64,000 nucleotides of DNA from Octopus sinensis (taxonomy: Eukaryota). How positions within the stretch are numbered: position 1 is the first letter of the stretch; each line of letters begins with the position of its first letter. Of the stretch, positions 38,201 through 48,419 are shown one piece after another. Under the pieces are notes generated by a model. It saw nothing but the letters and a program-made list of their open reading frames with translations, ran no database searches and was not told the origin of the DNA. The DNA lies in assembly GCF_006345805.1 (NCBI RefSeq), contig NC_042999.1:91326001-91390000 (forward strand), read 5' to 3'. The translations under genes and the position numbers were made by a program.

Positions 38201-41200
38201 TTTTTGTAAGATTTGTGCTTATCTTGAAAATGCAAGAAAAGGTCTTGGTCTTCCAGTGTTGTACTTTGTATATTGTTGAATTGAAGTAGCTATATGTTTG
38301 TGATTGAGTGTACATTTAATTCCTTGAAGGGACAGTATTCATGATCTGTCAACCATGTATGCCTTCTGAGCACTTATCCCTGACTAACTTGCCTCAGATA
38401 ATCTTATTATATAGTGGTAGCTAACTAAATGGAACTAAACGATAAGTGCTTTAGCTAAAACCTTTCTATCTTCATGATAGTCTATGTTCTAAAGTTAAGA
38501 TTTAAAGCATGTGGTCCGTTATTAAGACATTATATTAGCTGAGGTAAATTTGGCCAATACATTGGGCAGGCCAATGTCAGCCACAGCTGAGCAGCAAATA
38601 AGTGAGACAATTAGTTACATTAATTAAGCATCACAGGTAGTACTATGTGGAAAATCACTGTGGCTAATTATCTAATTGTGATAGTCATAAATCTATCACA
38701 TTAGTTATCGAAGGACTTAGGTATATGCAGCTGTAATTCATAATGAAATAAACGAAAGAGGAAGACACAGTGATGGCATCAAATGAAGGGGTAAAGTAGG
38801 AAACAAATATGAATTACCTTGGACAACTTAGGCAAAGGAGTGACAGTAGATGTTAGAGATGACAAAGGTAAGATGTTGTATTGGTTGTCAATGACCAAAC
38901 ACTGGCTGCATGTGGTAAGAGACAGCAGAAATCTAGACAAAAGAACAATAAAGGTTAGGGAAAAGCAATGAAACAAATATATACATAGTCTTACTGATTC
39001 ACTTGTTAATGATCCATGATTTCTAGAACTGAAGGGAATCAATAGTAATATGTGACAGTAAGAGCCAATACAGTAAAAGCAAATTATGAAGTGAATTAGT
39101 AAGAAATGTCAAACATTTTCAGATCCTCTTTTCAGAGCAAACTAACATACATAGTTTCTTTGTTAAAAAAAATAACAAACAAGTTGATAAGATAAACATA
39201 GACAGAGGTGATTGGGAAACCGTAATTTTTTACTGTTGTCTATAAATCTGTCTTTCAAAGTGATATCCCACACTGAATCTTAACCAAAATCTCTCTAAAT
39301 TACTAAGATTCAATAGAAAGCAGCACACATACACACACTCATATGTATATAGAGAGAAATTTCAGACATGGAAGTAAGGCCTAGAATCAAAGCAAAAACT
39401 AAAATCTTAGTAAGTAGGAGAGCAGACAAATCACAAATCCTTTCAGGTAGATGGCCCTGCTTGATCTGCAGAAAAGGCATAGGTAGAAACTCCATAACAA
39501 GTATCCAGTGTAAGTTATGGACACATAAGAGGTGCAGCAATATTAGATGAAAGTTAATAGGGAAAATAGTTTTTGTATTTGGAAGGTGTTCAGGTACAAT
39601 TAACATTAAAAATGTACAGATAATAGACTCCATCAAATGTCAAGGAGGAAAACTAGTAGTCGATAGCTTCTGTTACCTAGGCGACCAAGTCAGTAATGGG
39701 GGTGGATGCTCCAAGAGCATAGCTGCTAGAATAAGAATAGGCTGGAAAAAGTTCAGAGAGCTTCTGCCTCTGCTGCTAACAAAGGATCTCTCTCTCTCTC
39801 TCAAAGTGAAAGGCAGATTGTATGATGCTTGTCTGTGAACAGCCATGCTACATAGCAGTGAAACATGGGCTGTGACCACCAAGGACATATGTAGTCTTGT
39901 AAGAAATGAAGCTAGCATGCTTTGCTGGATGTGTAATGTCAGTGTGCATGCACAACAGTGTAAACGTCTTGAGAGAAAAATTGGACATAAGATGCATCAG
40001 ATATGGAATGCAAGATAGACTGTGCTGGTATGGTCATGTGATACATATGGATGTGAACAGCTGTGTAAACAAGTGCCACTCTCTAACAGTGGAGGGAACC
40101 TGTGGAAGAGGTAGACCCAGGAAGACATGGGACAAAGTGGTGAAGTATGATCTTTGAATGTTGGGTGTCGTGGAGGCAATGCCAAAGGAGTCAGACTTTT
40201 GGCGATAAGCCATGCTTGAGAAGGCCTGTCAAGCCAAGTAAGATCATAGTTGTGGCTGATGCCAGTGTTGTGTGACTGGCATGTAAAAAGCATCCTTTGA
40301 ATGTTGGGCAATATGCTGTGCTTAAGAAGACCAGACAGATGCCAGTGCTGTGTGACTGGTACCCATGCCAGTGGCATGTAAAAAACAGTGTTCGAGTGTT
40401 GGGCCTCATGGAGGCAGTGACTGGTAACCAAGACCTTTTGTAATATACCATGCTTGAGAAGACCTGTCAAGCCAAGTGAGAGCATAGTCATGGCCAAAGC
40501 TAGTATCACATCAATGGCACTTGTGCTGGTGGAATGAAAAAAGCACCCACTACACTCTTGGAGTGGTTGGTGTTAGGAAGGGCATCCAGCCATAGAAACC
40601 ATGCTAAATCAGATCGGAACCTGGTGCAGCTCCCCAGCTTACCAGTTTTCAATTAAACCATCCAATTCATGCCAACATGGAAAACAGATGCATGATGATG
40701 ATGGGGATGATGATAAAGACAGACAGACAGACAGATAAATAATAATTAGTGAATTGGTAATTATCTTATTGGATAACAAGAGATTTCTCTAAGACATATA
40801 GACACATATACAAAGCAAAGAACATAGAATACCTTTCATTAAAGCGACCTGTGACTTCCTGATGTGATTCTGTCCTGAATCTTGAATGAACATCCTGTTG
40901 ACCGGAAATCAAAGCATATAATGTTACTAAAGTAGTATTTTTGTTGCATTATACATTACATGGACATGGACACTTACAAACACACACACTTAAGTACAAT
41001 GCTTTATAGCCCACCCTCGTTGTTGTATGTCTATAGATTTTATAAACAGACAATTAGAGATAAACACAGACATTTGCAATAACAATAAGCTCTAGAAACT
41101 ATGGAATGCACTTCTAAAAGACAATACTTACAACAAGAAAAAAAAAAAGAATCCCTTTCCCCAGGGTAGATACATGCAGCATCAGTAAGAATTGTATGTG

Positions 41201-44200
41201 TGCACTTACCATTGTCATTGTGTATAGCTGTTTTAAAGATTTCATTGTTCGCAGTAAGATCACAATTAAGCCACCTCCTTCAACAGTTTCTACAGTACGA
41301 GCCAAAAGATTTGGAGTCAAAGCTTCAAAATCCTGAGAAAATAATACATAGGGAATTGAATTATGGTTACCATTGTTGATGTTAATATTACTGGATAAAC
41401 TCTTTTGTTACCATACTTTGGTTGAAACAGCCAACATTTGTTTTGTTTTAATTTTGAAATTAATGAAAAAAAAAACTCAGTAAAATAACTGTCATTATAA
41501 AGCTAATAAAGTACTGAGAGAAGGTTTTGATTTAGATCATTTGAAAAAAATTAGTTCGTTTCATAGAACCAGGACAGTTGCAGATGTGGTGGAATCAAAT
41601 GGGTTAAATCTTTATCAACCATAACAGAAGATTACAGTTATCATTGTATAACAGCAGATAGCTCAACAACAGTAGCCCCTCCAAGACATAGAAAAATGAA
41701 TGGATGGCCAGAAACAATCTTCAGTCAAAGTCAGAAGCATCCTAAATAAGATGTCACATAAGGAACCATAGATCAGTTTACTGATTTAGCTCCAGCATCT
41801 AAAGCTCAGTGAGAATATTCTATGCCAGTGCTGCCTGACTGGCGTCCGTGTTGGTGACACATAAAAGCACCAACCAATCGTGGCCGTTTGCCAGCCCGCC
41901 CTGGCCCCTGTGCTGGTGGCATGTAAAAAACACCCACTACACTCATGGAGTGGTTGGCGTTAGGAAGAGCATCCAGCTGTAGAAACACTGCCAAATCAGA
42001 TTAGAGCCTGGTACAGCCTCCATGGCTTACCAGACCCCGGTCGAATCGTCTAATCCATGCTAGCATGGAAAACGGACATTAAATAATGATAATGTTATAA
42101 AGAGAATTACTGGATGCAGGGCATTTAGCTAGAATACTGAATTTGTTGAGCTCCAATATAGTCTGATATTATATGGCACATTCCATTACTTATCATATAG
42201 GAAATTTCATAGCTAATCGTATAGATTAATTTTGTATTTCCTAATTTTTCCAACACCTGGGCCATATCCATGTTTCAAACATTTGACAAATTCTTTCAAG
42301 AAGTGATGTAATGATCTTTACAAAAGAAGAAGAAAGTAGTTACCTGAAGAACACACATGCCATAAGTGTTGCCAAGAATTTTATGAGTCTCCTTGTAATA
42401 ACAGTAACGGATGTTGGTTGATGCCAAGAACAACTCAAAAGCATCAGCATCTTTCTCAGACATTGTTGCAATACGACCAGTCTTTATCTTTTTTTGCATC
42501 TTGCGCATACGTTTTTTGTGACCATGTCTGTAAGACAAACAAGACCAATAAGTACCAAGAACTTCACAAGAATTCAAAGAACAAGATTATGTGTACTGAG
42601 AGGGTTTATAACCAATTCTAGCATGAAAAGCAGATGTTAAATGATGATCACTGTGATAGATGAACAACCAAGTTTAATTATTAAACAACTTGTAGTCTAT
42701 AACTGAGATCAGTGTAATCAACACAGTTTGTGTTCCTCTTGAAAGTAGTTGCATACTCATGGCTACCAGAAACACTCCAGCAGGAAGAGAATTTCAGAAG
42801 ACCATCAATGTGTGTGTAGTGGTTATTGCAACGTCTATGGTAGTGAACACACTATAGGTGACAAGAAAAGGAGTGCTTGAATGAAAGTGACTCAATTATT
42901 AATGAAACATGTCTATAACAGAACAGCTAAAATGTGATGAATATTGACATATTTTTTTTAATATAAAAATGAGCTTATTGTATAGTGCTCAGGAGCACTG
43001 TCAGAAAATGGTTAAAAAGGAGGCACAAAGCAGTAATAAGACAAGTAAGAAAGACTGCAATGATAGGCAAGTGCATGCATAGTACAAAGAAGAAAACAAA
43101 AAGTGGAAAAGTCGGGAAAAGAAAAGGGTGCATAGGCATGTCAGGAGAGAAAAAACATTTCCAAAAGTCATGAGTGTTGTATTGTTATTTTATGCTAGAA
43201 GCATGTCCATGAATGATAAGAACACTGAATTCAAAAAGGTGGCCAAATATGATGTGAGAAATCCAAAATTACAATAATACCAGCAAACCAACATATCTAG
43301 TTCTGAGAAATTATATTTCTATCTCTTTTAATTCGGGCATATATAGCGTGTAAAGAAAATAGATAATATTTAAATATACTATGATGTTACTGCTGTTTAG
43401 ACCCAGATCAGATTTATCAGAGGTATTCTAAACACAAACATTTTGTTCCCTATTTTCCATGCAGTTTGTATCAAGGACTACATTATCCAATGTGTCCTTC
43501 ATTTAAGACAGAACAATATGATTAAACAGAAGATTTGACTGCTACTTATTTCTACCAGATAAAGCAGACATTCTTTCATTTATAAAGTAGTAATTGTTTC
43601 TAGCATAGGCACAGGGTTGGAAAGGGAGAGTGTAGTAGTTGAAGCTGCTTGCCACAGTCTACCTGGCTGATGTAACAACTTCCTATTGCTTTTCAAAAGT
43701 TGAGCGATTAGTAAGCATCCAATCTGTAAGAACTGCTTCAACAATATACAAAGACCCACAAATCCATCCAATGTGTTTTCAAGGATTTTAAGGACTTGCT
43801 TCTTAGTCCAAACAGCTAAGTTAAATTTCATTCTTCCTTTACAGTGTTAGGAAATTAACCATTTTATGACTATTTTAAATGAAATACACGGCTTATCTGT
43901 TCCAATTAATTTTGAAAATAAACAAGAATTTAGAAGGCTTTGATAACACAATTCATGATTTTATAATTAATCTGCTGATTGAAGGAGGCAAAATGGCAGA
44001 ATTATTAGTGTTGGAACAAATGCTTGGAAGTATTTGTTCCAGTGCTTTATATTTCATGTTCAAATCCTATTGAAGTTAACTTTCTCTTTTGCCCTCTCAA
44101 GGTTGATAAAGTACCGGTAAAGTACATTGGGGTTGACGTAATCAACTCCTTCCACTTAATATTGTTGGCCTTGTGCCTAAATCAAAAACCAATATTAATC

Positions 44201-44742
44201 TGGTGTTTGGGATATCACTTAAGAAAAAGGTTTTTGCTTAAATTAAAATGGAAAGTCTTTATTTAAACAAACAATTGAAGATGAGAGGTTTTCTATCATA
44301 GATCGTATCAGAGTCTCAGATGAGTTATTAATGAATGGGTTAAAGTGCAAAATTACTTACGAAGAGAAACCAAGTTCCTTTTTATAACACCACAACACGG
44401 AAGGTCTGGCTTTTACCTCGGCCTTTGTTAACATATGATGGAGTACAACAATCTGGAACAGGAAATGCATCAATATTATATCAAGTATTCTTCACAAATA
44501 TTGTCATGATATTTATGTCTACAATCCTATGTTCATGTATACTGGGTGGAATTCACTGAGACAGATTTTCTATGGACCGATACCTTTCCTGTAACCAATA
44601 CAAGGTTGTTTCCAAGTAAGATATTTCCCTATAGCCTAGCATATTTTCACAAAAGAGTGGAAACAAAAGACACGTTGTATAATGGTGATGCTTGTTTACA
44701 ACTATTAATGTCAAGACAATGTAACATATGCAGACACATACA

Positions 44743-44800
<58 letters not shown>

Positions 44801-45569
44801 CAGAATAGGCTTTTTTCAATTTCTGTCAACCAAATCCACCTCACAGGCTGTGGCTGGCCAGGATTACAGTACAAGACACTTGCCCAAGATGCCATTGTAT
44901 GGCATCTTGTGTAAGTGGTAGGGAAGAAAGCTTCTTAACCACAAAGACATGCCTGCACCTATGTATATATGTGTGTGCGTATTTATATGCACACGAGTAT
45001 GCTTGTATGTGCATATTTGTATACATACATACACACACATAACATACATGTGTGCATGTTTGCCTGCCCATCTTTATATTGAGAATTCTTGAGCATGATG
45101 TTTGTGTTCATCACATACAACTTGTCCAGTAGAATAAAAAGTATCTGCTTGAAAAATAAGAGTCGGTAACAGGAAATGTATCTAATCATAAAAACTGCCT
45201 GAATAATTCTCATCCAGCCCATGCAAATATAGAAAATGAAGACATGAAAAATGATGATTAAAGTGAGACATCAAATCAGGATAAAGAAGACCTACTTCAG
45301 CTGTGACTGATTAAAGATTAAGTTTCAGGTGTAACCCTCAAATTGTTAGCTTCAGATTTTTAGGATAACCTTTTTACCCAAAATACATATGCCCTATATT
45401 TTGTACTAAGTACTTTTACTTAGGGATAAGAGAGAGAGAGAATATATGTGAAACACTATACCTGGTCATGTCCTTGATCAGCAACCACAACAAACATAGT
45501 GCGATGTTTTTTAGCCACACCATTCTCAATTAGTGTTTTGATACGGTTATCAATTTTCTTGCGAGTCAT
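5088..45569 (-). CDS. NAT10: RNA cytidine acetyltransferase NAT10 (Kre33/TmcA family), complete spliced CDS, 26 coding exons, 3087 nt, 1028 aa
   Basis: Manually joined exons translate from MTRKKIDNRIKTLIENG to KKSKKHK* without stops. All junctions are GT-AG with matching phase. Recognisable motifs: DFEALTPNLLARTVETVEGGG, Walker A AARGRGKS, DEAAAIP, RIATHPDYQKMGYGSRAL, NDLTGEHSCIMLK. Confidence 0.98.
5725..5940 (+). mobile_element. RTE 3'-tail repeat (family B)
   Basis: aaagcacccactacact...ccatgctagcatggg...gatgatgatg. Confidence 0.85.
6689..6849 (-). CDS. NAT10: NAT10 coding exon 25 (161 nt): DAAAIEVKEEMRKK...QFAVKGDEDQWNLAL...SISIK
   Basis: ccctttcag acceptor, gttagt donor, phase 0 to 2. 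Confidence 0.92.
7964..8062 (-). CDS. NAT10: NAT10 coding exon 24 (99 nt): HLNSIVEKSVEQTLIKEHKITMEPVAQTLDDEL
   Basis: cttaacag acceptor, gtaagt donor. Confidence 0.93.
8800..9120. repeat. Degenerate minisatellite, ~32-33 nt unit, about 9-10 copies
   Basis: Recurring ACTACACAG...TGTTGCTATGCCAACAACAA. Confidence 0.7.
9161..9280 (-). CDS. NAT10: NAT10 coding exon 23 (120 nt): ALLLGIGLQHKTVDDLEK...NRIIRKVVQ
   Basis: ttctttcag acceptor, gtaatc donor. Confidence 0.96.
9385..10105 (-). mobile_element. RTE 3'-tail repeat (family B) with adjoining purine-rich segment
   Basis: Family B core at 9385-9600, then CT-rich sequence on plus. Confidence 0.6.
10110..10370 (+). mobile_element. RTE 3'-tail repeat (family B)
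   Basis: Core sequence plus gatgatgat tail. Other copies at 19325-19572(+), 23675-23900(+), 41820-42095(+), 46120-46293(+). Confidence 0.8.
11468..11640 (-). CDS. NAT10: NAT10 coding exon 22 (173 nt): LAKQELDFKLTVFDLKRLELYSQNMIDYHLIMDL...SAVQQ
   Basis: ggttgtag acceptor, gtaaaa donor. Confidence 0.95.
12804..12911 (-). CDS. NAT10: NAT10 coding exon 21 (108 nt): DFRRRFISLCSYQFRSF...KEEAV
   Basis: cactttag acceptor, gtaagc donor. Confidence 0.95.
   Translation of the reverse strand: MSVVVSFPCVLTSSVPSAAVLHLVFSNRNTVKKRQ
14565..14673 (-). CDS. NAT10: NAT10 coding exon 20 (109 nt): NDLTGEHSCIMLKAL...WLLSFWK
   Basis: tttttcag acceptor, gtaatt donor. Confidence 0.96.
14771..14989. mobile_element. 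Mariner-derived MITE
   Basis: TA-flanked TIRs gagtgctgaaaagttcctgg / ccaggaactttccagcactc. Confidence 0.75.
16592..16640 (-). CDS. NAT10: NAT10 coding exon 19 (49 nt): FWKRNGFVPVYLRQTA
   Basis: ctttaatag acceptor, gtgagt donor. Confidence 0.95.
18360..18735 (+). mobile_element. tRNA-derived SINE (family A), older copy
   Basis: Colinear with 3188-3583, CpG-depleted. Confidence 0.85.
18957..19090 (-). CDS. NAT10: NAT10 coding exon 18 (134 nt): EIDLLEEKPVPRKNLPPLLLKL...GVSFGLTADLL
   Basis: tttgcag acceptor, gtaaag donor. Confidence 0.96.
19731..19847 (-). CDS. NAT10: NAT10 coding exon 17 (117 nt): MGYGSRALQLLSQYYKG...PVDDE
   Basis: gttttag acceptor, gtgaga donor; acetyl-CoA binding GxG. Confidence 0.96.
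20370..21150 (-). mobile_element. Array of four same-orientation SINE copies (family C) separated by (AAT)n
   Basis: Repeated aggcctgaaatt...gaccccagt...ggatgaaaggcaaagtc...tttgaactcagaac. Confidence 0.85.
21170..21725. repeat. Interspersed repeat bounded by (AAC/AAT)n, class uncertain
   Basis: More GC-rich than flanks, with simple-repeat ends; no motif I can assign. Confidence 0.45.
21985..22059 (-). CDS. NAT10: NAT10 coding exon 16 (75 nt): FQDNDFASLSGVRVVRIATHPDYQK
   Basis: ctttacag acceptor, gtaatt donor; GNAT motif A. Confidence 0.96.
22884..22985 (-). CDS. NAT10: NAT10 coding exon 15 (102 nt): MCLEGDISK...GKRASGDLIPWTISQQ
   Basis: cttttatag acceptor, gtaaat donor. Confidence 0.96.
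24302..24418 (-). CDS. NAT10: NAT10 coding exon 14 (117 nt): NTPNDLQMLSDAPAHHIFVLLGP...LPEVLCVVQ
   Basis: ctttccag acceptor, gttagc donor. Confidence 0.96.
24935..25262 (-). mobile_element. tRNA/CORE-type SINE
   Basis: Minus strand begins gcatggctcagtggttagagtg; CORE-like gcaagacactttatt...gctccagttgactcagc. Confidence 0.7.
25964..26211 (-). CDS. NAT10: NAT10 coding exon 13 (248 nt): RVLYEVQLNESIRYA...LYVSSHYK
   Basis: tccacag acceptor, gtaagt donor; ORF 25934..26233. Confidence 0.97.
27420..27790 (-). mobile_element. Young RTE 3'-tail repeat (family B) with three internal ~58-62 nt units
   Basis: Three occurrences of ttacgtgccaccg; CpGs retained. Confidence 0.85.
28218..28345 (-). CDS. 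NAT10: NAT10 coding exon 12 (128 nt): YEGTGRSLSLKLIQQLRQQ...NSLS
   Basis: tcttcag acceptor, gtaagt donor. Confidence 0.96.
30352..30572 (+). mobile_element. RTE 3'-tail repeat (family B)
   Basis: Core sequence plus (GAT)n. Confidence 0.85.
30776..30912 (-). CDS. NAT10: NAT10 coding exon 11 (137 nt): YIHPTDAHKLGQAELVCIDEAAAIPLPLVK...STVN
   Basis: ttccctag acceptor, gtaagt donor; Walker B-like DEAAA. Confidence 0.97.
31140..32350 (-). mobile_element. Decayed Tc1-like transposon, one TIR visible
   Basis: TA|CAGGGGTTGGACACAATAATGGAAACACC end; minus translation FQDGNAAIHT...PVQSPDL...EEWTNIPLETIQTLYKSIPSRIHAVITAKG; stops and deletions. Confidence 0.85.
32582..33204 (+). mobile_element. Internally deleted mariner element
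   Basis: TIRs tgggtcatctcataaat / atttatgggatgacccaata; N-terminus MEVTKEHIWHILLYEF...CQRWFQKF joined to C-terminus EFWKRGLESLPDR. Confidence 0.85.
33215..33420 (-). mobile_element. RTE 3'-tail repeat (family B)
   Basis: catcatcatcgtttaatgtcc... core. Confidence 0.85.
33575..33673 (-). CDS. NAT10: NAT10 coding exon 10 (99 nt): EHIDYEIIQSSNPDFNKAIVRVNIFRDHRQTIQ
   Basis: actgcag acceptor, gtaagt donor. Confidence 0.96.
34774..34867 (-). CDS. NAT10: NAT10 coding exon 9 (94 nt): YSNIFVTSPSPENLKTLFEFIFKGFDVLEYQ
   Basis: ctttcag acceptor, gtaagg donor. Confidence 0.96.
35570..35760 (+). mobile_element. SINE family C, old copy with no CpG
   Basis: B-box GAGTTCAAATTCC. Similar copies at 12350-12570(-), 21725-21935(-), 43985-44185(+). 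Confidence 0.75.
35955..36088 (-). CDS. NAT10: NAT10 coding exon 8 (134 nt), helicase Walker A: AKGLLKF...TAARGRGKSAALGLA
   Basis: ttttacag acceptor, gtaagt donor; P-loop motif. Confidence 0.97.
37642..37749 (-). CDS. NAT10: NAT10 coding exon 7 (108 nt): EESLSQSERELVALKESLQDTQPVG...TLDQ
   Basis: tttttcag acceptor, gtaaga donor. Confidence 0.96.
38818..38932 (-). CDS. NAT10: NAT10 coding exon 6 (115 nt): FLLSLTTCSQCLVIDNQYNILPLSS...LSK
   Basis: ttgtctag acceptor, gtaatt donor. Confidence 0.95.
39345..40714 (+). mobile_element. 5'-truncated RTE-clade LINE (RT C-terminal half to (GAT)n tail)
   Basis: AKTK...VVDSFCYLGDQVSNGGGC...RIGWKKFRELLPLL...GSETWA...WYGHV...GRGRPRKTW; frameshifts and stops. 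Confidence 0.92.
40833..40894 (-). CDS. NAT10: NAT10 coding exon 5 (62 nt): DVHSRFRTESHQEVTGRFNE
   Basis: caacag acceptor, gtattc donor, phase 0 to 2. Confidence 0.95.
41210..41332 (-). CDS. NAT10: NAT10 coding exon 4 (123 nt): DFEALTPNLLARTVETVEGGG...LYTMTM
   Basis: tttctcag acceptor, gtaagt donor. Confidence 0.97.
42344..42527 (-). CDS. NAT10: NAT10 coding exon 3 (184 nt): HGHKKRMRKMQKK...LGNTYGMCVLQ
   Basis: cttacag acceptor, gtaact donor, phase 2 to 0; lies within ORF 42296..42577. Confidence 0.96.
44361..44452 (-). CDS. NAT10: NAT10 coding exon 2 (92 nt): IVVLHHMLTKAEVKARPSVLWCYKKELGFS
   Basis: ttccag acceptor, gtaagt donor, phase 0 to 2. Confidence 0.96.
45462..45569 (-). CDS. NAT10: NAT10 coding exon 1 (108 nt): MTRKKIDNRIKTLIENGVAKKHRTMFVVVADQGHDQ
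   Basis: ATG at 45569-45567; donor gtatag; upstream acceptor ttttacag at 45598-45599 implies an earlier non-coding exon. Confidence 0.96.
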
Positions 45570-48419
45570 TTTAAAATATCACAGTTTAAAATACCAGCTG
45601 TAAAAGAAAGAAAATTACTAGAGACAAAAATTGGAACTAGTCAAATTAGACATGCTGTTGCATTAGGGGGAACAGAGCTTTTGACTACCCTAAATAAGGA
45701 ATTGTTTATTATTTTCTCATGAAGAAGCAAATTAAATAACTTTAGCAAGAAATAAGTCATCAAGCACAGAAAGAAGAAGCAATAAATCTGTCTGTTAGAC
45801 CCATTTCTATGTTTACCAGTATGCAAAAGATTCTGAAACAATACGAAAATGTTTTGAGCCAAACTACAAATCTTCAACTCTCATTTAAACTTGTTTCCAT
45901 TGCTCATTCTTTATTTTCATTTTTCTTAATCTAAAGGAATTTCTTAGAATCTTTTACTTCTGAAGACAACGTATCAACTGAATGAGAGTCCTGTTTTTCC
46001 CAGAATATATTCTCAGTATATTACACATTCATGACCAAAACCTTTAGTTTGAAGCCTGTTGAACAGAAAAGGCTACCTTCTATGTCTTGGTTTCATGTGT
46101 TTTTTTCCCAATATTTTTAATTATGTAAAAAGCACCATCCGATCATGGCCATTTGCCAGCCTCGTCTGGCACCTGTACCGGTGGCACGTAAAAAGCACCC
46201 ACTACACTCACGGAGCCTTCTGGCTTCCCAGACCCCAGTTGAACCGTCCAACCCATGCTAGCATGGAAAGCGGACATTAAACGACGATGATGATTTAGAG
46301 TAAATTTCAAATACAAGAGTATTTTTATTCAATTTCTCGTGTCTTTCACAGTAACAGCTAGTTTTTGCATTTTGTCACAGTATATCTGTCTACCTAAGAT
46401 GGTTCATGCAAATATATGCTCTACAAAATAAACATCTACCTATCAGCAATGTATAGCAATGTTCTCAATGCAGAACGAAAGACAAAATACATCCAGAACT
46501 TTGTGCCCACATGATTATGTGGTCCTGATATTTGTTTCATAACTGCTTGGTTCCAGGTTTGATCCTACAGAGTTGTGTATTGGGCATGTGTCATCTACCA
46601 TAGACTTGAGTTGTTCAAGGCATTCATCATTAACCACATAGAAGAGAAAAATCAAGTGGAAAGTGGCAATATATCTGAGCGTGTGTATTTTGCAGATGTA
46701 TAATGGTGAGAAAACTAATAAAACCAGAGCAGATACAAATACCTTGTGGTATTTATTCTGGCTGGGTTACACAAGCACTGCTGTCACTTTCATCAAAAGT
46801 GCAGTGAACTAGTGATTGACCCATTGAAAACAACCAACAATGTTCTTCATTCATAAAATGTATCATAAAGAAAAAAGAAAGGTTATATACAAGTGGTTTC
46901 CAACATGGAGCCTGCGACGCCAAATTTTTTTCCTGCCACAAACATACTACACCTATATTCGGCCTAGCCAAACCAATCCCTCCAACCACGCATACAGTGT
47001 GATGACTGTTTGCACTATTCTAATACATTAGTGCAGATATTTCTTTAAAGAAAGTATATTATGAAATATTAAAAATAAAATGACTTTTTTTCCAACCACC
47101 AGTGGAGCATACATTCTTTCTGGAAAGTTATTTTGGAGCCTGGAGGAAATATGTTGGGAAACATTGTTATATGCCATTGTTATGATTGATGTAAAGACCA
47201 AAATTCTAGGCAGGAGCTTCTGGGGTTTAAGAGAATATCTGTTGCTGGAATTATGTCTAAAAAATGGAATCTAAGTGCTCCATAGCTGACTGCGCAATTG
47301 GCATATTTGATTAATTTTTGAAACCCAAATACCTAAGCTTTTAACAGAATGTATTAATATTAGACTTGAGAATGTTTCTTTTTATTATTTTCAAGTTATA
47401 CTAAGTAATTAGATGATGGTGGATGATGCTGTTGTGGTGATGGAGAAAGCAAGACTTGGTGAAGGCAAGTTGTGAGGTCAGATATTAAAATTTGAGTCTC
47501 AAAGACAACATAAGACAAAGTAGTTGATTTGAGTTGCAAAATCTATCAAGGTAAGCTGATATGAAACGATGATTATATATATTAACCATAATAAAGCAGT
47601 TCTATTAGAAACACAAACTAATCAGTCCAGCAACTCATCTAAATAACCCTTTAAACACATTATTTATAATTTCTCAGTGTTTTAAAATTATTTTCTTTTC
47701 ACAGTCATCAGCCCCAGACAGAACATACGCAAATACCAAAAACAATTTGCAATCTTGTAGTGGTTAAGTATGAGATTCATATCTTTCCCAATGGCATTTT
47801 TCAACCTAAGTGATGAGTCGGTTCATTTATTAAATACTCTTATTAGTATTAAGATTTGGTGTCGAAGCAATAAAATAATAAACACATACATAGCAGAATA
47901 GCATTAAATACTCTGGTATTTAGCAAGATCATTTTATTAGACAAGCAGTTAAATGCGTACGATCGGCACATCCTCCTCCCTACATCTTAAACATTCAGAG
48001 CAAACACACCCAACAATTTGTTATTAATTTAATGGTGCTTAATTGCAATTAGGCTGTTTCTACTTGACTGTAAGAAAAATGAAAGATTGCCTGCAATTAA
48101 ATAGAACGGACTGCTAGAAATTCTAGATGTTTTAAAGCAAATTAGCGCTGACAGCATATCTATGAGCGTTCCAACTGTGGCCATCACGTCCCGACAGTTG
48201 AGCATTATGTATCAAAGACTGCATTATCCAGTGTCCTTTTTTTCAAGGCGGCCAGGTATAGTATGAGGGCGATTTTTTGGTAGCTATTTCAAGGAGCTCG
48301 AACGACCACACATTGGATCTCTCGTTGGGTTGGAGGAAATCGAAAGATAATACCAGGAAGGTAACTCAATCAATTCCGAACACCCAATCTTCGGTAATGA
48401 CGTAGCGTTATAAATAAAA

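Noticed and set aside
43580-43831. 83-aa minus ORF in intron 2
   Set aside because: No homology recognised, no splice signals, not required by NAT10.
47808-47900. AGTGATGA box C-like motif on plus
   Set aside because: No box D within range and no terminal stem.
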